From: Chloroflexota bacterium
Lineage (GTDB): Bacteria > Chloroflexota > Dehalococcoidia > SM23-28-2 > RBG-16-64-32
Length of the DNA stretch: 40,793 bases
NCBI GenBank assembly: GCA_039933275.1
Contig: JBDTOK010000001.1
Location: 1-40,793 of the forward strand
Direction: 5' to 3'
In this document: positions 35,312-40,793 of the stretch, piece by piece
How positions within the stretch are numbered: the stretch's first letter is position 1
How the letters are laid out: each line of letters begins with the position of its first letter
Program-made: the position numbers and the translations under genes
The notes under the pieces: model-generated
Seen by the model: the letters and a program-made list of their open reading frames with translations, nothing else
What the model was told of the DNA's origin: nothing
The model's database searches: none

Positions 35312-35523
35312 CTGGATACACTCGACGCGCTGACCAGCGTTGATTGTCCGGCCTGTGGTTGGCGTTTGTCATAACGATAATGGGAGTTGCCTCCAAATAC
35401 GTAGGATGAAAGCGTCCCCTGACGTGTTACGGAAAAGGCCCCTCGCGGGAGAGTTGGCAGCGAGAATATGGCCATTGCCAGTGACATCGGCATCTAGCGT
35501 GGGCGGGCGGTAGAATCGCTTGT

Positions 35524-35973
35524 ATGAGCACCGTTTCCGCTGTTGGCGTGGACATCATCGAAATCGACCGCATTCAGGCCACCCTCGCCCAGTACGGCGA
35601 TCGTTTCCTTGGCCGTGTCTACACGAAGCTGGAGGTAGCCGCCTGCAGAGGCCGCGTCAACGAGCTCGCCGTCCGCTTTGCCGCCAAAGAGGCGGTGATG
35701 AAGGCGCTGGGCACCGGCGCCCGTGGCGTCGCCTGGCGGGAGATCGAGGTGCTCCCCAACCACCGTGGCAAGCCGCTTGTCTACCTGCACGGGCGGGCGG
35801 CGGAGCGCGCCGAGAAGATCAGCCTCACCGCCATCGATATCAGCCTCAGCCACTCCAACAACCTGGCCATCGCCATGGTCGTCGGTGCATCGATGAACCT
35901 GGAGGCAGAGCGGGACGTCTGGCGAGCCAGCCTCGCCGAACGCCTGCGCGCGCGGGGTCTGTACGATGGCTGA
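35524..35973 (+). CDS. acpS: Holo-[acyl-carrier-protein] synthase
   Basis: 149 aa with the blocks GVDIIEIDRI, FAAKEAVMKALG and ISLSHS. It has a short C-terminal extension. Confidence 0.87.
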   Translation: MSTVSAVGVDIIEIDRIQATLAQYGDRFLGRVYTKLEVAACRGRVNELAVRFAAKEAVMKALGTGARGVAWREIEVLPNHRGKPLVYLHGRAAERAEKISLTAIDISLSHSNNLAIAMVVGASMNLEAERDVWRASLAERLRARGLYDG

Positions 35974-36340
35974 GGCAACAAGCGTCGGCTTTGTCCAGCT
36001 TCTGCCGGGGGAAACTTGTCTTAAGTCATGGGAAGTGAAATGGCTCAAATGGCCGAGTCTGCCTGTCCTTGGTTTCGGCATACTCTCGCTAACAAGCGCG
36101 CGGTTAATGTTCCAATCGTTTCCTCGCCGGCTAGTGAAGCCAAGCGCGCATGTCATCGGGCTTAACCAGCTCGTCAGTTGTAAGGACAGGTTCTATTGGT
36201 GGCACCGCAGGGGCGTCGTTGATGTCGCTTTGAGCGACGGCAGGCGGTTCGGCTTCAAGCCAGTTGCCGCGTCACCTGAGGCGAGAGATATCGTCGCGCA
36301 GATCAACGAAGCTCGGAACAAGGCTGTTGCACGTGGCTGA
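35966..36340 (+). CDS. Hypothetical protein, possibly bacterial PH/GRAM-like
   Basis: 124 aa. Its ATG overlaps the acpS stop (ATGGCTGA). LLPGETCLKSWEV...GILSLTSARLMF resembles bacterial PH-domain N-termini. It is lower in GC than its neighbours. Confidence 0.55.
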   Translation: MAEATSVGFVQLLPGETCLKSWEVKWLKWPSLPVLGFGILSLTSARLMFQSFPRRLVKPSAHVIGLNQLVSCKDRFYWWHRRGVVDVALSDGRRFGFKPVAASPEARDIVAQINEARNKAVARG

Positions 36341-37709
36341 TTACCTAACGCTCGAAGAACTGCAACTTCGCACGGGCGAAAAGCTCGAGCGCCTCCGCGA
36401 CTGGCAGACGCGCGGACTCATCGGCGCGGACCAGATCGACGTCTTCTTGGACCGCGACCTCGGTCGGGCGCGCCTGATCCACGACCTCCTCCACTGGGGC
36501 ATCGATCTCGATACGATCGCGCAAGCCGCCAACGATCCGAACTCCGTCTTCTCCCGCTTCCTCGACGAGATCAGCGAACGCCACAAGGCCCCGACGCACT
36601 CGCTGCAAGAAGCCTGCGAGATCACCGGCGTCGACATTCCGCTCGCCCAGCGCTTGCTCGACGCCGCAGGCTTCGAGTCGCATAGCGAGCTGTTGGACGA
36701 AGGCGACATCGAACTGCTGCGCTCCTGCCGCATCGCCATCGACGCCGGGCTGCCCGAAGAGGCGATGATCCAGATCCTCCGTGTCTACGCCGACGCCATG
36801 AACCGGGTCGCCGAAGTCAGCGTCCGCTCCTCTCACTTCTACTTGCATCAACCGCTCCGCGAGCAGGGCCTTCCCGCCGACGCGATCGTCCAGCGCATCA
36901 CCGAAGCGAGCGCGCGCGTCGAGCCGCTGGTGGAGCCGGCGCTCGTCTACTTCCACCACAAGGGTCTCGCCCGCGCTGAGTGGGAAGACATGATCATGCA
37001 CCTCGAGGAAGAGGCCGGGCTCGCCGAGAAGTCGGACGCGCCGGGCCAGATCAGGCGCGCGATCATGTTCGTCGATCTCGCGTCCTTCACCCCGCTCGCC
37101 GAGGCGATGGGCGACTTACGGGCGCTCGCCATCCTCGACCGCTTCGGCGCGATCACGCGCAAGGCCGTGCAACGCTGCCACGGCCGCATCGTCAAGCAGA
37201 TCGGCGACGCGTTCATGATCGTCTACTCGGAGTGCTATTCCGCCGTCTCCGCCGGCCTGGAGCTGGAAGCGGCGTCGCAGGCCGAGCCGCAGTTCCCGGC
37301 GATCCGCATCGGCATGCACTGGGGTCCCGTCCTCTACCGAGAGGGCGACTACATCGGTTCCAACGTCAACATCGCCTCGCGGCTGGCGGAGGAAGCGCAC
37401 CGCCATCAGTTTCTCGTCACGGACGAAGTGCGCCGCCGCGCCAAGAGCCTCGAAGGCGCGGAGTTCGTGCGCATCGGCCGCCGCCGCCTGAAAGGCCTCG
37501 CCGCAGAGCTCGACCTGTTCGAGGTGCGCTCCGTCGACCCGACCGAACTGACACGCGTCGCCGACCCGGTCTGCGGCATGGAGCTTGGCCCGCGTGAGAT
37601 CGCCGCCCGCCTCACCGTTGACGGCCGCGAGCACGCATTCTGCTCCGACGATTGTCTCCGCAAGTTCGTGAAGGCGCCGGATCTGTACAGCGCCGTCCCG
37701 GCCGAGTGA
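36333..37709 (+). CDS. MerR-like HTH / class III nucleotidyl cyclase / YHS(TRASH) domain protein
   Basis: N-terminus: LTLEELQLRTGEKLERLRDWQTRGLIG (MerR-type HTH). Cyclase blocks: IMFVDLASFTPLAE, KQIGDAFMIVY and IRIGMHWGPVLYREGDYIGSNVNIASRL. C-terminus: DPVCGMELGPREIAARLTVDGREHAFCSDDCLRKF (YHS). I set the start at GTG 36333, which overlaps the previous stop. Confidence 0.87.
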   Translation: MADYLTLEELQLRTGEKLERLRDWQTRGLIGADQIDVFLDRDLGRARLIHDLLHWGIDLDTIAQAANDPNSVFSRFLDEISERHKAPTHSLQEACEITGVDIPLAQRLLDAAGFESHSELLDEGDIELLRSCRIAIDAGLPEEAMIQILRVYADAMNRVAEVSVRSSHFYLHQPLREQGLPADAIVQRITEASARVEPLVEPALVYFHHKGLARAEWEDMIMHLEEEAGLAEKSDAPGQIRRAIMFVDLASFTPLAEAMGDLRALAILDRFGAITRKAVQRCHGRIVKQIGDAFMIVYSECYSAVSAGLELEAASQAEPQFPAIRIGMHWGPVLYREGDYIGSNVNIASRLAEEAHRHQFLVTDEVRRRAKSLEGAEFVRIGRRRLKGLAAELDLFEVRSVDPTELTRVADPVCGMELGPREIAARLTVDGREHAFCSDDCLRKFVKAPDLYSAVPAE

Positions 37710-39364
37710 TGCGCCTCGTCACCGTCGCCGAAATGCAGCGCCTGGAGGCAGAGTGCGGTGTCCCCCTGCCGCAGCTCATGGAGAACGCCGGCCTCGCCGT
37801 CGCGCAGGAGGCGTGGCTGCTCCTCGGCGAGATCGCGGAGCGGCGCATCCTCGTGCTGGCGGGCGCTGGCAACAACGGTGGCGATGGCCTCGTCGCCGCG
37901 CGCCACCTCAAAGAGTGGGGCGCAGACGTCATCGTCTACCTGCTCAAGCCTCGCAGCGACGACGACGCCGTTTACAAGCAAGCGCTCGATCTGGAGATCC
38001 CGATGATCGTCGAAGGTGCGGACGACGCGCCGAAGCGCCTGGCCGACGCGATGGGTGGCGCTGAGCTCGTGATCGACGCGCTGCTCGGCACTGGCAGCAG
38101 CCGTGCCATCGAATCGCCGCTCGCAGACGTTCTCGACATGCTGCGAGACGCCCGCGCCGGCCGTCTCGCCCCGCGCCTGATCGCGGCCGACATCCCGACC
38201 GGCGTCGACGCTGACACCGGCGCCGCCGACCCCCACACCATCGCCGCCGACGAAACGGTCGCGCTCGGTTTCGGGAAGGTTGGTCTTTACATCCAGCCGG
38301 CCGCGCAGTACACCGGCCGCATCGAAGTCGTCGACATCGGTATCCCCGCCGCACAGGCGGAGAGCGTGAAGACTGAGTTACTCACGCGGCGTTGGGCGCA
38401 GGACAACCTGCCCGCCCGCCCCGTTGATGCGCACAAGGGTACGTTCGGCAGCGTGATGGTCGTCGCCGGCTCGCCGCAGTACACCGGCGCGGCGTATCTC
38501 AGCTGCACCGGCGCCCTTCGTTCCGGCGCTGGCATTGTCACGCTCGCCTGCGGGCGCACGATCCACCCGATCCTCGCCGCCAAGCTCACGGAGACAACGT
38601 TCGAGGTGCTGGACGACTCCGACGGCGCGATCTCCGCGCAGGAGACGAACGACGTCCTGCGCGCCCTCGCCCGCGGCTACGAGGCGATTCTCGTCGGGCC
38701 GGGCCTCGGGCAGAGCGGCTACCAGCAGGCTTTCGTGCGCAGTCTCATCCCCGCGCTCACAACCGAACCGCCGCGCGACTCCCACCGCGCGCTGCGAGCC
38801 GCCATCATCGACGCCGACGGCCTGAACAACCTCGCGAAAGTAGACAACTGGCCGGCGCTAATCAAGGTGCCAACGATCATCACCCCGCACCCCGGCGAGT
38901 TCTCGCGCCTGACCGGCCTCACCGTCGCCGAGATCCAGGCGAACCGCCTCGGCCTCGCCCGCAAGTACGCCGAGCAGTGGAACGTCATCGTCCTCCTGAA
39001 GGGCGCGCCGTCCGTTGTCGCCGCCCCGGACGGCCGCGCGCGCCTCAACGCCTTCAGCAACCCCGGCCTCGCCACCGGCGGCACCGGCGACGTCCTCGGC
39101 GGCATGATCGCCGGCTTCGTAGCGCAGGGCGTCGAGTCATTCGACGCGGCCTGCCTCGCCCTCTACGTCGGCAGCTGGGCCGGCGAGATGGTGCGCCAGG
39201 AACTGGGCTCTGCCGGCATGCTGGCCAGCGACGTCGCCCACACCATTCCCCGCGCGATGCGTGACCTCCGCGGCGAGGCCGGCCCATCGCGCACCTCAGC
39301 CGGCCGCACGGACATCCTGGAAATGCTCGGCGGCATGCACGACGCAGGCGGACGCAGCAAATAA
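37709..39364 (+). CDS. nnr: Bifunctional NAD(P)H-hydrate repair enzyme (epimerase/ADP-dependent dehydratase)
   Basis: YjeF_N block LAGAGNNGGDGLVAARHL and the C-terminal carbohydrate-kinase blocks GPGLG and GTGDVLGG. ATG 37709 overlaps the cyclase TGA (TGATG). Confidence 0.9.
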   Translation: MRLVTVAEMQRLEAECGVPLPQLMENAGLAVAQEAWLLLGEIAERRILVLAGAGNNGGDGLVAARHLKEWGADVIVYLLKPRSDDDAVYKQALDLEIPMIVEGADDAPKRLADAMGGAELVIDALLGTGSSRAIESPLADVLDMLRDARAGRLAPRLIAADIPTGVDADTGAADPHTIAADETVALGFGKVGLYIQPAAQYTGRIEVVDIGIPAAQAESVKTELLTRRWAQDNLPARPVDAHKGTFGSVMVVAGSPQYTGAAYLSCTGALRSGAGIVTLACGRTIHPILAAKLTETTFEVLDDSDGAISAQETNDVLRALARGYEAILVGPGLGQSGYQQAFVRSLIPALTTEPPRDSHRALRAAIIDADGLNNLAKVDNWPALIKVPTIITPHPGEFSRLTGLTVAEIQANRLGLARKYAEQWNVIVLLKGAPSVVAAPDGRARLNAFSNPGLATGGTGDVLGGMIAGFVAQGVESFDAACLALYVGSWAGEMVRQELGSAGMLASDVAHTIPRAMRDLRGEAGPSRTSAGRTDILEMLGGMHDAGGRSK

Positions 39365-39436
39365 CGCTAGCCTTCTCCACACGCGTGTGCCATTCGTCCG
39401 TATCGCTGGTCGTTCTCGCCACCCATACTCAAACCA

Positions 39437-40793
39437 ATGGTTCTTGCCCCCGCGCAAATGATTGGTGTCTCCGGGCGCCGCTGGCACCTCCGCGGGCGCT
39501 TCCCTGACGGCGAGCTGGACGGCGCGCACAAGGAGCCGCTGATCCGACACCTCCTCTGGCACCGCGGGCTCCGTTCGGCGAGCGATGCGGCGGCGTTCCT
39601 CGAGGCGCGAGATCCCGGCTTCGATGCGATGCTTCTCCCTGACATCGATATCGCCATCGAGCGCATGCGCCGTGCTATTGCCAACGGCGAGCTGATCGCC
39701 GTTTACGGTGACTTCGACGTAGACGGCGTGACCGCCTCCGCAATCCTCATCGAGGCCTTGTCCGAGCTCGGCGCGCGCGTCATTTCGTATCTGCCGGACC
39801 GCTTCGGCGAAGGCTACGGTGTAAACCCCGGCGCGATCGAATCCCTGGCGGCGCAGGGCGTGACGCTGATCATCACCGCCGACTGCGGCACCAGCAACGT
39901 CGATGAGGTCGCGCTCGCCAACAAGCTTGGCGCAGACGTCATCGTCCTCGACCACCACACCGTCCCGCCCGAGCTGCCCGCCGCCATCGCTCTCGTCAAC
40001 CCGAAGCGTATCGGCGCCCGCTACCCGGAGCCGGAGCTGGCATCGGGAGGTCTCGCCTACAAGCTGATGTCCGCGCTCTACAGCGACTGCGGCCGCCCCT
40101 TCGACGGCGACCGTTACCTGGATCTCGTCGCCCTTAGCACCGTCTGCGACATGGCCCCGCTCCGCGGCGAAAACCGCTGGCTCGTCCGCGAGGGCATGCG
40201 CTCCCTCGGCAAAGCCCAGCGCCCGGGCGTTCGCGCCCTGCTGGAAACCGCTGGCTGCGACCCAACCCGCGTCGACGCATCGACAATCGGCTACACGATC
40301 GGCCCGCGCCTGAACGCCGCCGGCCGCCTCGCCCACGCGCGCCTGTCCCTCAACCTCCTGCTGGAGCGAGACGAGACGAAGGCCCGCGCACAAGCGATCG
40401 AGCTCGGCGCGCTGAACACGCAACGCCAGCAAGCAACCACCGACGCAATGAACCTCGCCCGGAAGCTCCTCCAAGACGAGCCCGCCGCGCCGCTTATCTT
40501 CATCGGCGACGAAGCGATCCCCTCCGGCATCGTCGGCCTCGTCGCTGGCCGTCTGACCGAGCAATACAACCGCCCGTCCGTTGTCTACGAGCGCGGCCCG
40601 GAGACCAGCCGAGCCAGTTGCCGCAGCATCGATGAGTTCGACATCACCGGCGCCCTCCGCGCCACGCCCGGCCTCTTCGAGCGTTTCGGTGGGCACCGCG
40701 CCGCCGCCGGCTTCACCGCCCGCAACGAGAATCTCGCCGCGATCCAGGACTCGCTCGTCTCGCAGGCGCGCGACGAACTTAGCGGCGTAGACC
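39437..40793 (+). CDS. recJ: Single-stranded-DNA-specific exonuclease RecJ, N-terminal ~450 aa (runs off window end)
   Basis: Own translation: ...GELIAVYGDFDVDGVTASAILIEAL...LPDRFGEGYGV...LIITADCGTSNVDEV...ADVIVLDHHT..., which are the DHH-family motifs I-IV. It is missing from the track because there is no stop in the window. ATG 39458 is an alternative start. Confidence 0.9.
   Translation, partial: MVLAPAQMIGVSGRRWHLRGRFPDGELDGAHKEPLIRHLLWHRGLRSASDAAAFLEARDPGFDAMLLPDIDIAIERMRRAIANGELIAVYGDFDVDGVTASAILIEALSELGARVISYLPDRFGEGYGVNPGAIESLAAQGVTLIITADCGTSNVDEVALANKLGADVIVLDHHTVPPELPAAIALVNPKRIGARYPEPELASGGLAYKLMSALYSDCGRPFDGDRYLDLVALSTVCDMAPLRGENRWLVREGMRSLGKAQRPGVRALLETAGCDPTRVDASTIGYTIGPRLNAAGRLAHARLSLNLLLERDETKARAQAIELGALNTQRQQATTDAMNLARKLLQDEPAAPLIFIGDEAIPSGIVGLVAGRLTEQYNRPSVVYERGPETSRASCRSIDEFDITGALRATPGLFERFGGHRAAAGFTARNENLAAIQDSLVSQARDELSGVD

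Noticed and set aside
35494-36156. 220-aa minus-strand ORF over acpS
   Set aside because: It is antisense to acpS (GVDIIEIDRI, FAAKEAVMKALG). It has no motifs and a biased composition.
39296-40696. 466-aa minus-strand ORF at the right end of the window
   Set aside because: It is antisense to the plus-strand frame that carries all the RecJ DHH motifs. Its composition is A/G/R/V/D-rich and it has no motifs.

Overview
High-GC bacterial chromosomal window with about 50 tightly packed protein genes. I saw no rRNA, tRNA or CRISPR array. All products are called by motif recognition on the supplied or my own translations; no database search was run. The gene content (T-box leader, remA-gmk, EF-G paralogue, thyX, bacterial TopIB) fits a Chloroflexota/Thermomicrobia-like or other Terrabacteria genome, but that is only a weak inference.

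Layout:
- 1-6.5 kb, minus strand: a Trp-specifier T-box leader followed by trpS-trpE-sORF-SDR-trpG-[RHH antitoxin/RelE toxin]-trpD-trpC.
- 6.5-7 kb: a second toxin-antitoxin pair whose ParE-like toxin has no canonical start codon.
- 7-12 kb: GH13 alpha-glucosidase, gmk, remA, tyrA, an HD-domain protein and an M50 protease.
- 12.3-14.3 kb: an orphan 444-aa nitroreductase-like gene, followed by a ~0.6-kb lower-GC insertion with inverted-repeat ends.
- 14.3-20 kb: a BON protein, a circularly permuted LivK-type binding lipoprotein, a LivG fragment, a BioY fusion, a second binding protein and a small protein.
- 20-26.4 kb: an EF-G paralogue with a hydrolase, and a 5-gene methyltransferase/FMN-barrel/nitrilase/ABM-like/acidic-protein operon.
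- 26.4-32.8 kb: folD, a translationally coupled hemerythrin-TopIB pair, MOSC, SRPBCC, a sulfite-oxidase-family enzyme and thyX.
- 32.9-33.1 kb: a 150-bp array of CGCAGATT repeats.
- 33.2-40.8 kb: a PAS-GGDEF-EAL protein, acpS, a PH-like ORF, a MerR-cyclase-YHS protein, nnr and partial recJ.

The most interesting items are the toxin-antitoxin module wired into the T-box-controlled trp operon, the nitrilase operon, the hemerythrin-TopIB coupling, the permuted binding protein, the small inverted-repeat-flanked insertion and the MerR-cyclase-YHS protein. Many long ORFs in the track are antisense shadow ORFs typical of high-GC DNA and were rejected.
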